Shown here one piece after another: positions 44,579-56,270 of a stretch of 64,000 bases of DNA. The notes below the pieces were generated by a model. That model was not told the origin of the DNA, searched no databases, and worked only from the letters and a program-made list of their open reading frames with translations. Each line of letters opens with the position of its first letter. The stretch's first letter is position 1. Both the position numbers and the translations under genes were made by a program. The stretch lies in NCBI GenBank assembly GCA_031270145.1, contig JAISYD010000211.1, positions 1,632 to 65,631 of the forward strand. Reading direction: 5' to 3'. The DNA is from Planctomycetota bacterium. GTDB taxonomy: Bacteria > Planctomycetota > SZUA-567.

Positions 44579-45876
44579 TTGCTCTCCTCCACTTGGTAAT
44601 TGGAGGGGTAACCCAGGATGGTTCTTCTGGCTAAATCCAGGGCGGCATTGGCGGCCCGCATGCGGACGCCGCGGCGATCCGTAACCGTGTTCAGACGAAA
44701 GGATCGGGTAATCCCGCCCCCATCGGGATCAAGGCGGGAACAGGCAATCCAAACGGTGCCAACCGGTTTTTCCGGGGTGCCGCCGTCGGGGCCGGCGATG
44801 CCGGTGGTGGCGATGGAATAGGCGGGAAGGGGGAAATTAGTCCGGCGAAGGTGATTTTCCGCCATGGCGGAAACGGTTTCCCGGCTTACGGCCCCGTGCT
44901 TCCCGATTATCCCGGCCGGCACTCCCAGCAGATCGGTTTTGGCGGCGTTGGCATAGGCGACAATACCCTGGCGAAATACCGAGGAGGCGCCGGGAACATC
45001 GACAATAAGGCTGGAAAGCAGGCCTCCGGTACAGGATTCGCCGACAACCAGGGAGGCGGACCGCTCCGCCAGAAGTTTAACCACGCAACCGGCCAAGGTT
45101 TCGTCGTCCACGCCGTAAACATCGTGTCCCAAGGCCTTGCGGATGTCCGCCTCCGCCTCGGCGGCGGTTCTTTCGGCTTCGGTCCGGGTATCGCCCTTGG
45201 CGTAAAGGCGAACCGTCACGATTGATTCGGCCACGGCGGTGCCAACTTCGGGGTTGGAGCGTTCCCCCATCAGGTGGCGGATGGCCGCCCCGATGTCGGA
45301 TTCTCCCCGGCCGCACAGATGCAGCCGGCGCATTACTTCCTGGGCCGCCCCCTCCGCCCCCTTGAGAACGGGGAGGATCGACTGCTTGAACATTTCCCGC
45401 ATTTCCCGGGGAACCCCGGGCAGGCAAAAAATCTTGGCGTCCCGAAGGACGGCTCGGATTCCCGGGGCGGTGCCGTTGGGATTGACGATGCGTCCGGCTC
45501 CGGCCGGAATCAGGGCTTGGACCCGGTTGGCCTCGGCCATGGGCCGATTGTATCGCTTGAATATGGCCTGGATTTCGGCCAGCGCCTCCGGATCTTCGCG
45601 CAATTCAACGCCGAGGGCATGGGCCAGGGCCTGGCGGGTCCGGTCGTCCCGGGTGGGCCCCAGGCCGCCGGTGAGAATAACCGCCTCGGCCAGGGCGGAA
45701 GCCTCTAGAAGAGCGGAGACGATATCGGGAGTGATGTCGCCGATGGTGCGGTGCCCGACGAGGCGCCAACCCTGGAGGGTGCATTGCTCGGCCAGCCAGG
45801 CGGAGTTGGTGTCCACGGTATGGCCGAAAAGCAGCTCGTCGCCGCAGGAGAGAAGATAAACGGTCGGTTGTCTCAT
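44563..45876 (-). CDS. cinA: CinA-family protein (mirror copy)
   Basis: Twin of 35243..36556 with identical translation. Confidence 0.9.
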   Translation of the reverse strand: MRQPTVYLLSCGDELLFGHTVDTNSAWLAEQCTLQGWRLVGHRTIGDITPDIVSALLEASALAEAVILTGGLGPTRDDRTRQALAHALGVELREDPEALAEIQAIFKRYNRPMAEANRVQALIPAGAGRIVNPNGTAPGIRAVLRDAKIFCLPGVPREMREMFKQSILPVLKGAEGAAQEVMRRLHLCGRGESDIGAAIRHLMGERSNPEVGTAVAESIVTVRLYAKGDTRTEAERTAAEAEADIRKALGHDVYGVDDETLAGCVVKLLAERSASLVVGESCTGGLLSSLIVDVPGASSVFRQGIVAYANAAKTDLLGVPAGIIGKHGAVSRETVSAMAENHLRRTNFPLPAYSIATTGIAGPDGGTPEKPVGTVWIACSRLDPDGGGITRSFRLNTVTDRRGVRMRAANAALDLARRTILGYPSNYQVEESNWKKD

Positions 45877-45894
45877 GTAATTTTTCCTCCTGCC

Positions 45895-46335
45895 TCACGG
45901 CATAAGATCGGGAAGGGGCGGCGGATTCGCGGCTCCCGGATAGGATTTCAGGCCGGGCGCGGCCGGGACTCTCCGCCGGCTAAGGGGCTTGGCGTTCCGG
46001 CCGGTCAGGCCGCCCTCGGTATTCAGAATCACCGCCGGCGATCCGATCTCAAGGTCTTCGAATCTGGGATTCCGGTTGGTTTCAACCGCCGGCGCCGGCC
46101 CCACTTCCGCGATGTCCGGCGCATCCAGGCGTCGGCGCTCAAGTTCCGAGGCTGGGGCCGGGGGAATCGTAATGGCGGGTTCCATTGCCGGAATTGGCGG
46201 GACCGTAACGGGATCCTGGGCCCGGAACAGATAAAGGCAGAACCCGAAAACAACGCCCAGGAAAAAGCAGGTTCCCAGAATCGGGGGACGGGGGTTATAA
46301 TATTCGACTGGCCTTGAACGGATTGTTTCCGCCAT
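45895..46335 (-). CDS. Pro-rich anchored hypothetical (mirror copy)
   Basis: Twin of 34784..35224. Confidence 0.45.
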   Translation of the reverse strand: MAETIRSRPVEYYNPRPPILGTCFFLGVVFGFCLYLFRAQDPVTVPPIPAMEPAITIPPAPASELERRRLDAPDIAEVGPAPAVETNRNPRFEDLEIGSPAVILNTEGGLTGRNAKPLSRRRVPAAPGLKSYPGAANPPPLPDLMP

Positions 46336-46550
46336 TCATCCCGACCTTCGCTTCAAACCCGTCATAATAATAAATTCCCCCGCCTCTTGGGTGATTTGGC
46401 TCCCAACCCGGAGGAAAGGCGCCCCAGCGGCAATTATAACACGGTTCGGCGGCCAGGCAAGCCCCGGCCTGCCGCGAAACTCGAGAGAAGGGGGAAAGTG
46501 GGGGTCGCGGCTTCAAAAACGCGATTGCCGGCATCGATTTCGGGAAGGAT

Positions 46551-47549
46551 TCAGCGATTCGGAGAAATGTTCCGGTTCGTTTCTTTTCGCAGCCATTCAA
46601 TCACTTCTAGGAGATCGGAAGCCAAGGGGGCCGCCAGCCGCATATTCCGGCGATCCCCGGGATGGCGAAACGTCAATTCAAAGGCATGCAAGGCGTGCCG
46701 TTCCAATTTGACGGAGCCCCCATCCAGGCCTCTCAACTCCAGCCGATCCCCGCCGCCGTAGCGCGGATCCGCAACCAGGGGATGTCCAATGGCCGACAAA
46801 TGCAGCCGCAACTGGTGTTGCCTGCCGGTCACGGGTTTAAGACCGACCAGGGTGAAGCCGGCGGCAAAACGCTCTTCCACCCGATATAAGGTGCGGGACG
46901 GCTTGCCGTCCCCTCCCAAACGAATAGCCATTCGGCAATGATCGGATTCGTCGGGATCCCTTCCGATCGGCAGATCGATTTCACCTTTATCGTCCCGAAT
47001 CAACCCGTGGCACAAGGCGAAATAGGTCTTGCCCATCTCCCGCCTCTCGAAACCTTCCTGAATAATACGTTTGGCCCGGATGTTCTTGACCGCAAGAACA
47101 ATCCCGGAAGTGTGCTGGTCCAGCCGGTTGGCCAGAGTCACCGACTCCCCTTCCGGCAGCAAATCGCGGTACCGCCAATAAAGAGCGTTCAGGAGGGTGT
47201 CATGTCTGTGCCTCCCCACCGGGTGCACAACCAGTCCCGGAGGTTTGTTCACCACCGCCAAATCATCGTCCTCGTAAATTATGTCCAGGGGGATATGCCG
47301 ACCCGCCTCGGCCGAAGCTAAGTCCGGGGGGGGATAATGCAACGATACCCGATCTCCCGCCAATACCCGCCAATTGGCGGGCCGGGGAAAGCCGTTGACC
47401 GTCACCCTTCCTTCGGAAATGCGCAATTGCGCCTTGGTACGGCTTAGCGACGGGAACATGGACTTGATGAAAACATCCAGGCGGAAGCGATCCCGGGAGG
47501 GGCCGACCGTAAAATCATGATCAAACGGCTTGGCCGGATCCGTGGCCAT
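46551..47549 (-). CDS. rluD: RluD-family pseudouridine synthase (mirror copy)
   Basis: Twin of 33570..34568. Confidence 0.85.
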   Translation of the reverse strand: MATDPAKPFDHDFTVGPSRDRFRLDVFIKSMFPSLSRTKAQLRISEGRVTVNGFPRPANWRVLAGDRVSLHYPPPDLASAEAGRHIPLDIIYEDDDLAVVNKPPGLVVHPVGRHRHDTLLNALYWRYRDLLPEGESVTLANRLDQHTSGIVLAVKNIRAKRIIQEGFERREMGKTYFALCHGLIRDDKGEIDLPIGRDPDESDHCRMAIRLGGDGKPSRTLYRVEERFAAGFTLVGLKPVTGRQHQLRLHLSAIGHPLVADPRYGGGDRLELRGLDGGSVKLERHALHAFELTFRHPGDRRNMRLAAPLASDLLEVIEWLRKETNRNISPNR

Positions 47550-47555
47550 GGCCGG

Positions 47556-48794
47556 TCACCGCTCCGCCGATGAGGAACCGGCCCGTTTTTTAAGGCCGCC
47601 CAAGGCGTAATCCGCTCCGCCGATCAACCCCAGGAACAAGTTGGACAGGCGGAAAAGAAGCATCAAGGCGACCCCGGCCCGGGGATTTATCCCTCCGGGA
47701 TCGGCCAGGCCAAGAAGCGCCGCCATGGCAAGTTCACCCTGCCCCAACCCTCCGGGTGCCCCCGGTATGGCATTGATGGTCATGGCCAGGGGTATTATCA
47801 GGTAATAGCGCATCCAGGGCAATCCGGAGACTCCCAACGCCAGGGCGAAGCATTGGCAGGACGCTATGGTGGCCAGATGGGACAACCCGCCATAAATTAG
47901 CGCCAAAGGCAAGGTGGCCGGGCGCCGGACATTGCCGGCAATCAACAAATGAAGCCGTCGCAACCGGCCGGGACGGCTTGATCTTGGATTTCCCTTTCCA
48001 GGATCCGGGTTCGCCCCGCCCCCCCGACCCGCCCAGGCCAGATAAAAAACCATGCCCAGGCAAACCACCCCGGCCGCGGCCACGAAGGGAACCAGTTTCG
48101 TCAGCGGCGAATTGCCCAACAAAAAGCGGTAATTCAGTCCCATGCCCAGCAAAACCACCAAAATCAGGGAAGGAAACCCCAACACCCGATCCAAGGTAAT
48201 TGACGCCAGGGCCGGAGCGAATCCCGTTCCCAAGCCGCGACCAAGGGCATAAACCCGATAGGCGTCCCCGCCGGTGGAACCCGGCAGAAAAATATTGAAA
48301 AACGTTCCCGCCAGACATAACCTGAAGGTCGCGAAGAGGGACATGGCAATCCCGCGGTCGCCCAGCAATCTATGCAGCCTCAACGCTCCTAGAAAAGGCT
48401 GGGTGAAGGAAATTCCGCAGCCTAGCAGGGACAAAAGCCAATTGTCGAAAACCCGGCTCAAAATCCCGGCATCGGGACGAAGCAAGGGATTGAGCGCCAC
48501 CAGGGCAACCAGAAAGGCGGCGAAACAAATTCGGTGGACATTCCACGACCCGTGTCCCAGCAGCCGCCAGAGCGTCCCCGGCGACAACATAAAAAACAGG
48601 AGCATAACGAAATCGCGGCTGTCCGCTCCCGCGGACTCCCGGAATGGCGGGCGGAAATTGAAGCAATAATCCGCCAATTGGAACAACAGCAGAAGCAGCC
48701 AACAGACGGGCGGGAGCCATTCCCATTTGGAAGGCCGGCCCGGACTCGCGGAGGCGACTGGTTTGGGGGGATAATCAAATCCGTCGGGATTCAT
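47556..48794 (-). CDS. LPG-synthase-TM-like membrane protein (mirror copy)
   Basis: Twin of 32325..33563. Confidence 0.7.
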   Translation of the reverse strand: MNPDGFDYPPKPVASASPGRPSKWEWLPPVCWLLLLLFQLADYCFNFRPPFRESAGADSRDFVMLLFFMLSPGTLWRLLGHGSWNVHRICFAAFLVALVALNPLLRPDAGILSRVFDNWLLSLLGCGISFTQPFLGALRLHRLLGDRGIAMSLFATFRLCLAGTFFNIFLPGSTGGDAYRVYALGRGLGTGFAPALASITLDRVLGFPSLILVVLLGMGLNYRFLLGNSPLTKLVPFVAAAGVVCLGMVFYLAWAGRGGGANPDPGKGNPRSSRPGRLRRLHLLIAGNVRRPATLPLALIYGGLSHLATIASCQCFALALGVSGLPWMRYYLIIPLAMTINAIPGAPGGLGQGELAMAALLGLADPGGINPRAGVALMLLFRLSNLFLGLIGGADYALGGLKKRAGSSSAER

Positions 48795-50294
48795 TCAAGG
48801 GGAACCTCCCGACAAGCGGTTCCGTCTGGCCCAGGATCCCCAAGCTCCGGGCGAATCGCCCGGATCGTCCTGGTAAATTTTCCTTAGCGCCAGACGGATG
48901 GCGTCGGCTAGCACGGGATTACCGCGGGAGACAAGGCGAGCGAACAGGTTGGCGCCCAATTCCTTTCCGGCCATTTCCCCCAGTGATTCGGCCGCCAGGC
49001 AGGCCAGTTCCAAATCTTGATCCTCCAGGGCCTCCAAGAGCGCCGGGATCGCCCTGGCATCGCCCATCGCGCCCAGGCTCCTCGCCGCCGCCCGGCGAAA
49101 AGGCGGCGACTCGCCGGCCAAATCCTCCAACACCCTGGCGGTGACTCCCACCACTCCCATTCCGGCCAGGGCGATGGCGGCCTCGGTCCTCACCTCGGGC
49201 CGGCCGTCCCGCAGAAGCGGCGACAGGCTCCCGGCCAAACCGGCGAAGCCGATCTTCGCCAGGGCGCGAACGGCGGCGGCCCGATTGGCTCCGACCCGAT
49301 CAAACAGGGCGGCTTCCAAATATTCGATGGCGGCGGGGTTCCTGCTCAAGCCCAGCAGTTCTATGGCCCGCCGCCGGACCGGAGTGGAAGGGTGATGAAT
49401 ATAGCCGGCGATGGACCGGGCGCCGGGACCGGGGGGAAACACGGCCCCTCCATAGCCAAGGGCGGCAAGGGCGGCAAGGGCTTCAATGGCCACCAAGGGA
49501 TCGGCGTGCGCCGCCTGGCGTTCCGCCGCCGGAAGGTAGGCGGCCAGCCGCGACTCCGCCAAGAACCGGAGAGCCTGAATCAACAAACCGGGATGAGTCT
49601 CGTAATAGAGTAGCGTTACTATTTTTTCCGCCGCCGCCGCTTCGCCGGACAGGGCGGCGGCTTGGACCGACCAGATCCGCAGTTCCGTCCCGCCATTCGA
49701 AAGGCAGGCCAAGACCTGCGGCAGAAGCCTTTGGTCAAGACCTCCGGTTCGGGCATATTTGACGGCTATCGCCCGCATGACCACGGCTCGAAAACGCTCG
49801 GTGGACCCGCTCCCCGCCAGCGACAGGGACAGCCAGTCGTCAAGTCCGCTTCCGGGTGGGGGCGGGAACCCCGCGGCGATTGGCTTGTCCTGGCTTAACA
49901 GACGCGATAAATTGGCGGGATCCAGCCGGGAATACAACTTGGCCAGAGCCGCTCCGGCGGTTTCGCTTAAAATCGGATCCTCCGCGAAAAACGCCTCGAT
50001 AAGCGGCGCCTCGGCTTCGGGAAGGGCCAACTCTCCCAAAAGTCTGGCCGCCGCCTGGCGGCGAAGACGTTTGCCGGGATCCCTTTCCGCCAAGGCGGAA
50101 ACAATAATGCTTGCCGAATCGTCGGCAAGCATTAAAACTTGTCTTGAGGCGAATTCCCGCTCGCGCCGGCTTAAGACTGGATCGGCGGCCCGATCCAGCC
50201 ATTCGTCCAGGGATTCGCCGGCCAAGGCCGATATGACGCCGGAGGACAGCCAGAAAATCGCCGCCAGGGCCGCGAGATTATTTTCCGGCCGCAT
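48795..50294 (-). CDS. HEAT-repeat protein (mirror copy)
   Basis: Twin of 30825..32324. Confidence 0.7.
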   Translation of the reverse strand: MRPENNLAALAAIFWLSSGVISALAGESLDEWLDRAADPVLSRREREFASRQVLMLADDSASIIVSALAERDPGKRLRRQAAARLLGELALPEAEAPLIEAFFAEDPILSETAGAALAKLYSRLDPANLSRLLSQDKPIAAGFPPPPGSGLDDWLSLSLAGSGSTERFRAVVMRAIAVKYARTGGLDQRLLPQVLACLSNGGTELRIWSVQAAALSGEAAAAEKIVTLLYYETHPGLLIQALRFLAESRLAAYLPAAERQAAHADPLVAIEALAALAALGYGGAVFPPGPGARSIAGYIHHPSTPVRRRAIELLGLSRNPAAIEYLEAALFDRVGANRAAAVRALAKIGFAGLAGSLSPLLRDGRPEVRTEAAIALAGMGVVGVTARVLEDLAGESPPFRRAAARSLGAMGDARAIPALLEALEDQDLELACLAAESLGEMAGKELGANLFARLVSRGNPVLADAIRLALRKIYQDDPGDSPGAWGSWARRNRLSGGSP

Positions 50295-50667
50295 CCTTTT
50301 CCCTGGCCAAGCCTCGTGAAGGACGGTTTTCCTCCTTGAGCCGGGTGGCTTTGCCCACCCGATCCCGCAGATAATACAGTTTGGCCCGCTGGGAACGGCC
50401 ACGCCGCTTGACTACGATCTTCTCCACCCTGGGGGCGTGAAGAGGGAAAACCCGTTCGACGCCTTCTCCCGCCACCAGACGCCGAACCGTGAAACTCGCA
50501 TTCATGCCGCCCTTCTTTTTGGCGATGACCACGCCATTGAAAATCTGAATGCGTTCCTTTTCGCCTTCGATGATTCTCACATGCACATCAACCGTATCCC
50601 CCACCCAAAAGGAATCAATGGTTTTTTTGCTGTTTTCCTTTTCCAACTCGGCAATAATCGGATTCAT
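50278..50667 (-). CDS. rplS: 50S ribosomal protein L19 (mirror copy)
   Basis: Twin of 30452..30841. Confidence 0.95.
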   Translation of the reverse strand: MNPIIAELEKENSKKTIDSFWVGDTVDVHVRIIEGEKERIQIFNGVVIAKKKGGMNASFTVRRLVAGEGVERVFPLHAPRVEKIVVKRRGRSQRAKLYYLRDRVGKATRLKEENRPSRGLAREKDAAGK

Positions 50668-50681
50668 GATTCACTCCAGGG

Positions 50682-50720
50682 AAAATAAAAACCGCCGTCC
50701 GGAACCGACTCCGGACGACA
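50682..50720 (-). terminator. Terminator-like hairpin upstream of rplS (mirror copy)
   Basis: Twin of 30399..30437. Confidence 0.6.
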
Positions 50721-50936
50721 ATGCTATAATTTGGTGAAGATCATGATTTTGTGAACGTTACAACAATAGTCCCTCAAAACTTCCGACCCAATTCGCTTGA
50801 ATTGCCGGGCAATTAAACCTTTTCCCAAGCGTTAGCCTGGAATTATGGGTTGAGAGACGTGAATTTTGCCCTTCCTCCGAGTATCTTAAATGGAATTAAT
50901 TGAAACGCAAGGGAAAAACAATTCAAACAACTTCAG

Positions 50937-51028
50937 TTGACTTTTGAAGGAAATCAAACAAACGCAAGCGGTTTAATCTTTAAAGGAAATCGGGCGGCGG
51001 TTGGCCCGATTTCCTTTAAAAGTCGACA
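50937..51028. repeat. Composite TTTAAAGGAAATC element (mirror copy)
   Basis: Twin of 30091..30182. Confidence 0.7.
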
Positions 51029-51144
51029 ACTTCGGGGAATCTCCGAAACAAATATTCGCTTGGGGAAAAACCTCTCCATGGCGGTAACGATTTTGTCACG
51101 GGTTGAAATGTTTCACCTTGCAACGCCAGACAGCCATGTCCCCC

Positions 51145-51303
51145 TCATTTTTCAAAATGTCTCAGGCAGGCCGGCGGATGCGCCTTGTCCCGGTGAGCCA
51201 AAACGCACCGACAGCAGATGCCGTGATTGTCGCAGGCGGTATTGGAGCAATTGCAATTCCGTTGGTTGTTTTCCCGGTTTAAACAGGCATTGTTTTCAAT
51301 CAT
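51145..51303 (-). CDS. 52-aa Cys-rich small protein (mirror copy)
   Basis: Twin of 29816..29974. Confidence 0.55.
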   Translation of the reverse strand: MIENNACLNRENNQRNCNCSNTACDNHGICCRCVLAHRDKAHPPACLRHFEK

Positions 51304-51459
51304 GGTTTTCTCCTTGCCAAAACCCCGAATCGAGGATATATTTTGGTATGGTCAAAGCCCAACCGGTTCGACGGGGATTTCCCCTCCGCGGGGCGGCCGG
51401 TTGCCTTCGTGAACCTATTCGCGCTTTGTTTTCAGCCAAGTATAATTCCGTCCCGAACA

Positions 51460-54120
51460 ATGCACAAGCCTTTTCCGAAAGGGTGGTTGGTGGCTAAAAG
51501 ATTGAACCAGCCAATAAACCGATCCCTATATTACCCAATCAGGTTGAATTTTTCCGGTTGCGCGGTCCCAAATTTTTCATCCCTCCCGGTTCGCCTTTTT
51601 CCCATAATCGTCCTATCCTTTTCCTTAATGTTGATTTCCGGCTGCGAGGAAACCGAACCTCCGGTTCCGACCCGCCTGACCCTTTATGGAGTTGGCGCCA
51701 GGACCAGCCCATTGGCAAGCCGGCTTGATCAAAAACCGCGTTTCATGGTCTTCGGCCGGGACCAATCCGGCGCCGATGCCCCGGTTGCGGGAATCCGCCT
51801 AGCCTTCCGGCTGGCGGAACGGCCGGCCGGCGCCGAAAACGGCGAATTGATTCCCTCGGAGGCCGTGACCGACGCGGCCGGAACCGCCGAAGTCGATTTC
51901 CTGGTTGGCGACCGGCCGGGCATCTATCGGATTGAGGCTTACGCTCCGGATTACCGGACGATCCCGCCAATATCGGTTACCGTCCTGGGCGGGGTACAAA
52001 TAACCGGCGCCCCCCAGGATGGCCGGGTCGGCCAGACCGCCGCTTCCCCCCTGGCGGTGCGGCTGGAAAAAGCCCCGGGCGTTTATGTGGGGGAGGACGA
52101 AGGCGAGGTCAGGTTCAATCTGTTGATGGCTCCCCCCGGAACCAGGCTTTCGGGGAAGCTGGCGTATAGCGACGCCTCGGGTCTGGCGGTCAGCGATCTC
52201 AGATTCGGCGATTCCCAAGGCAGAATAGACGTGGGGATTTCCATCCTGAAGGGATTGCCGGGCAATACCTCCTTCCTTGAACCAATAGTGGTGAGCTTGT
52301 TCGCCTTGGACGCCTGGTCGTCCGCGACATCGCTCCTGGGGGGGGTGGCCCTTTTTCTCTTCGGCATGCGGATGATGTCCGAATCCCTCCAGTTCGTGGC
52401 CGGGGAAAAACTCCGCTATCTTCTCAGCCTGCTTACCACCAACCGCTTCATGGCGGTCGGGGCGGGGGCGATGGTGACGGCGCTGATCCAAAGTTCCAGC
52501 GCCTGTACGGTCATGGTGGTGGGATTCGTCAACGCCGGCCTGATGCGGCTCGAACAAGCCATCGGGGTGATAATGGGGGCCAATATAGGGACCACCCTCA
52601 CCGCCCAGATCATCTCCTTGAATCTCGCCCGAATGGCCTTGCCGGCCATCACCATCGGCGTGGTCATCCTCTTCCTGGCCAAGCGCCAGGCGGTCAAATC
52701 ATGGGCGTCCGTCATCATAGGATTCGGCATGCTGTTCCTTGGCATGACCGTCATGTCGGATGAACTGCTGCAGTTGCGCGATTCGTTGCTGGTGACCAGC
52801 TTGTTCCGGGGGCTCAATTGCCGGCCGGAACCCGGCGGCTTCATCCCGATCTGGCAATTCATGAAGGCGGTCGGTTGCGGCTTGGCGGTCACCCTCGTCC
52901 TCCAAAGTTCGGCGGCCACAATCGGCATGCTCATCACCGTGGCCGCGGCCGGGTTGATTGATCCCTATGCCGCCTTCGGAATACTCCTGGGGGACAACAT
53001 AGGAACCACCATAACCGCCGCCCTCGCCTCCATAGGGACCGGCGCCGCGGCCAAGCGCGCCGCCTGCTTCCACGTCATGTTCAATGTTTTCGGGGTCGCG
53101 ATAATGATCCTGCTTAATTACGTGGAGTGGCCGGGCCGGCCGGGCCGGCCGATTTTCATGGAGTTAGCCAACCTTCTCACCCCCGGCGACGTTTTCGTCG
53201 GGAACGAGAATCTGCCGCGTTTCCTGGCCAACGCCCATACGCTTTTCAATGCGACCTGCACCGCCGTCTTTGTTCTTTTCGTTCCCCAATTCGCCCGCCT
53301 CTGCCGCTTTCTAATCCATTCCGCCCCCGCCGAGGATGAATACGAGGGCGACGCCCGGCGAATACTTGAACCCCATCTTCTTTCCACTCCCTACCTGGCG
53401 ATCCGGCAGGTTTGGGCCGAGGTGGGGGTAATGCTGGGCAAGGCCCGCGAATCCCAACGCGAAGGCTATGCCGCCCTTCTGCACGCGCCGACGCCGGATT
53501 GGGACGAAAACCTGGTCCGGGCCGCCAAAAACCTGGAGGAGGAGACGGACGAACTGAAAACCGCCATCACCAAATATCTAGGCGGAATTTCCCTAACCAC
53601 CCTGAACGAAAACCAAGCCGAAATGTTTCCCCGCCTGGTCCATGCGGTCAACGACGCGGAAAAAGTGGCCGATATCGGCAAGCATATTTCGAAATTGGCC
53701 CGGCGGGCCAACCGTCAATCCATCGCCCTGACCCCCGAGGCGGTGAACGACATGAACCAGTTGAGGTCGACGGCCGACGAGATACTAAAACTGGCGGAAA
53801 AAACGATCACCATCAATGCCGACGGCATTGAAACGTCCGGCGGGGGGGCGGTTCTCCGCAAGAAGCTTCTTGACGACGGCAAGCGGCTGGAAAAGGATTT
53901 CAAGTCCAAAAGCAGCCTGGTCAGGAAAAACCATGAAAAACGGAATGAACAGGGATTGTGCGAAATTCGCGCCGGCATTATTTTTATGGACGTGGTCAAC
54001 TCGCTGGGCCGGTCGGCCGGCTGCGGCATAAACATCATCGAAGCCGCCTGTCCCGGCGAAGCCGCCGCCCAAGCCTCGGCCAACCGCCGCATTTCCATCC
54101 GGCTGCGGGACGAAACCTGA
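51460..54120 (+). CDS. Ig-like/Na-Pi cotransporter/PhoU fusion (mirror copy)
   Basis: Twin of 26999..29659. Confidence 0.8.
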   Translation: MHKPFPKGWLVAKRLNQPINRSLYYPIRLNFSGCAVPNFSSLPVRLFPIIVLSFSLMLISGCEETEPPVPTRLTLYGVGARTSPLASRLDQKPRFMVFGRDQSGADAPVAGIRLAFRLAERPAGAENGELIPSEAVTDAAGTAEVDFLVGDRPGIYRIEAYAPDYRTIPPISVTVLGGVQITGAPQDGRVGQTAASPLAVRLEKAPGVYVGEDEGEVRFNLLMAPPGTRLSGKLAYSDASGLAVSDLRFGDSQGRIDVGISILKGLPGNTSFLEPIVVSLFALDAWSSATSLLGGVALFLFGMRMMSESLQFVAGEKLRYLLSLLTTNRFMAVGAGAMVTALIQSSSACTVMVVGFVNAGLMRLEQAIGVIMGANIGTTLTAQIISLNLARMALPAITIGVVILFLAKRQAVKSWASVIIGFGMLFLGMTVMSDELLQLRDSLLVTSLFRGLNCRPEPGGFIPIWQFMKAVGCGLAVTLVLQSSAATIGMLITVAAAGLIDPYAAFGILLGDNIGTTITAALASIGTGAAAKRAACFHVMFNVFGVAIMILLNYVEWPGRPGRPIFMELANLLTPGDVFVGNENLPRFLANAHTLFNATCTAVFVLFVPQFARLCRFLIHSAPAEDEYEGDARRILEPHLLSTPYLAIRQVWAEVGVMLGKARESQREGYAALLHAPTPDWDENLVRAAKNLEEETDELKTAITKYLGGISLTTLNENQAEMFPRLVHAVNDAEKVADIGKHISKLARRANRQSIALTPEAVNDMNQLRSTADEILKLAEKTITINADGIETSGGGAVLRKKLLDDGKRLEKDFKSKSSLVRKNHEKRNEQGLCEIRAGIIFMDVVNSLGRSAGCGINIIEAACPGEAAAQASANRRISIRLRDET

Positions 54121-54382
54121 GAGCCGGGGGCCAGCCTTGGGCAAGGGAAGCGGCGTTCGAGGCGGTCCAAGGGCTCACGAAAAACAACCCCGTAATCTTC
54201 TCCAGTTTCGCCTCCGATCCGCTTACCTTCGCCGCCGACCGGGCGAGCGCCCGGCGGAATTCACGGTTGATCCGGGGGGGAAATCAATTCGCCGGCCAAA
54301 CCGCTTGCCTAAAAATCAAACTAAAATATACTTTTCATCTGGAGGTTTCCGGGTTCATTCTTGTCAGGGGAGGCCCAAACAT

Positions 54383-55213
54383 ATGTTGTCGGCGGAAAAG
54401 ATCGCCCGATACGAAGGGAAATGCGGGCAATTCAGGATCGGCCTGATTAAGCTTTTGCACAAAATCCAAACCGGCCATCCGGGCGGTTCGTTGTCGGCCG
54501 TGGAAATTCTCACGATTCTCTACAACGAGATCCTGCGTCTCGATCCCCGAAACCCCGAAAAGCCGGATCGGGACATTTTTATCCTAGGGAAGGGCCACGG
54601 AGCCCCCATCCTGTATATCATATTGGCCGACCTGGGGTTTTTTCCCGGGGAGGAACTCGCCAGCCTCCGCCAACTCGGCAGCCGGCTCCAGGGCCATCCC
54701 TGCGCCAACAAGCTCCCCGGCATAGAACTTTCCACCGGACCGCTTGGGCTCGGCATTTCCGCCGCGGTCGGACGCGCCCTGGCCGGGAAGCTCGACAAAA
54801 CCGGGGAAAATGTCTTCATCCTTCTCGGCGACGGGGAAATCCAGGAAGGCATTGTCTGGGAGGCGGCCATGGCCGCCGGCAAATACCGGCTGGACAACCT
54901 TGTCGCCATTCTCGACCACAACGGGGTTCAACTCGACGGCAAGGTCGACGACATCATGCCGCTAGGCGACGTCAAGGCCAAATGGACCGCCTTCGGTTGG
55001 AACTGCCTGGAAATGGACGGGCACAATCTGGCCGAAATCCATGAGCGGATGCTCCAGGCCAGGGATCTCAAAAACGGCGGACCCGTCATCGTCATAGCCA
55101 AAACCGTAAAGGGCAAGGGAGTGTCGTTCATGGAAGGCAATCACGCCTGGCACGGCAAACCCATAGGGGATGCGGAATTCTCCGCCGCCCTCGAAGAACT
55201 GGAGGCCAAATGA
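54383..55213 (+). CDS. Transketolase N-terminal subunit (mirror copy)
   Basis: Twin of 25906..26736. Confidence 0.9.
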   Translation: MLSAEKIARYEGKCGQFRIGLIKLLHKIQTGHPGGSLSAVEILTILYNEILRLDPRNPEKPDRDIFILGKGHGAPILYIILADLGFFPGEELASLRQLGSRLQGHPCANKLPGIELSTGPLGLGISAAVGRALAGKLDKTGENVFILLGDGEIQEGIVWEAAMAAGKYRLDNLVAILDHNGVQLDGKVDDIMPLGDVKAKWTAFGWNCLEMDGHNLAEIHERMLQARDLKNGGPVIVIAKTVKGKGVSFMEGNHAWHGKPIGDAEFSAALEELEAK

Positions 55214-56160
55214 TGGAAACCATCGCCATGCGCGACGCCTACGGGGCGGCCCTGGCCGAACTCGGCTCTGAATTGCCCAACCTGGTGGTCCTGGACGCCG
55301 ATGTGGCCGGCTCCTCCAAGAGTTCCCTTTTCGGCGCCAAATTCCCCGAGCGCTTTTTCAATGTCGGCATCGCCGAAGCGAATATGGCCGGAATGGCCGC
55401 CGGCCTGGCGCTAAAGGGAAAACTCCCGTTTGTACATTGCTTCGCCGCCTTCATGATGCTCCGGGCCGGCGATCCCATACGCAGCCTCGCCTGTTACCAG
55501 AACCTGCCGGTAAAATTCTGCGGCACCTATGCCGGCCTTTCCGATTCCTATGACGGCGCCAGCCACCACGCCATATCCGACATCTCCTTTTTCCGGGCCC
55601 TGCCCAACATGAAAGTGATTTCCCCGGCCGACGGGGAGGAAACCCGGCGGGCGGTCCGCTTCGCCGCCGGCCTGGCGGGCCCGGTATATCTGCGCATTTC
55701 CCGGGCCGAAGTACCCAAAAGCCTTTTCGGAGCCGGTTACGAATTCGAATACGGCAAGGGGTACGTGGCCCGCGAAGGCTCGGATCTCACCCTTGTCGCC
55801 ACCGGCTTCATGAACGTCCAGGCGTTGCGGGCGGGGGAACTTTTGGCCAAGGAGGGCATCCGCGCCCGGATAGTCAACATTCATACCATCAAGCCCATCG
55901 ACGCCTCCCTGATTGCGAAATGCGCCAGGGAAACCGGGGCGGTGGTAACCTGCGAGGAACACAACGTCATCGGCGGCCTGGGCGCGGCGGTGGCCGAGGT
56001 CCTTGGCCGCGAATCCCCGGTTCCCCTGGAGATCCTGGGGATCGAGGATTGTTTCGCGGAATCCGGCGATTACGGAAAACTCCTTGAAAAATATGGCCTT
56101 TCACCCGACAGAATCGTGGAAAAGGCCAAAAGGGTCCTTTCGCGCAAGAAGGGAAAATGA
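55210..56160 (+). CDS. Transketolase C-terminal subunit (mirror copy)
   Basis: Twin of 24959..25909. Confidence 0.9.
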   Translation: MMETIAMRDAYGAALAELGSELPNLVVLDADVAGSSKSSLFGAKFPERFFNVGIAEANMAGMAAGLALKGKLPFVHCFAAFMMLRAGDPIRSLACYQNLPVKFCGTYAGLSDSYDGASHHAISDISFFRALPNMKVISPADGEETRRAVRFAAGLAGPVYLRISRAEVPKSLFGAGYEFEYGKGYVAREGSDLTLVATGFMNVQALRAGELLAKEGIRARIVNIHTIKPIDASLIAKCARETGAVVTCEEHNVIGGLGAAVAEVLGRESPVPLEILGIEDCFAESGDYGKLLEKYGLSPDRIVEKAKRVLSRKKGK

Positions 56161-56270
56161 ATTGTTCTTCCAACCGGCCGGAGTATTGTTGAGGCGCCGG
56201 ATAAACTCGCGGTGCTTATTTTCCGCCGAGCCCCAATTTCCATCTCGTTTTCCAAAAGGGAGTGGACGCC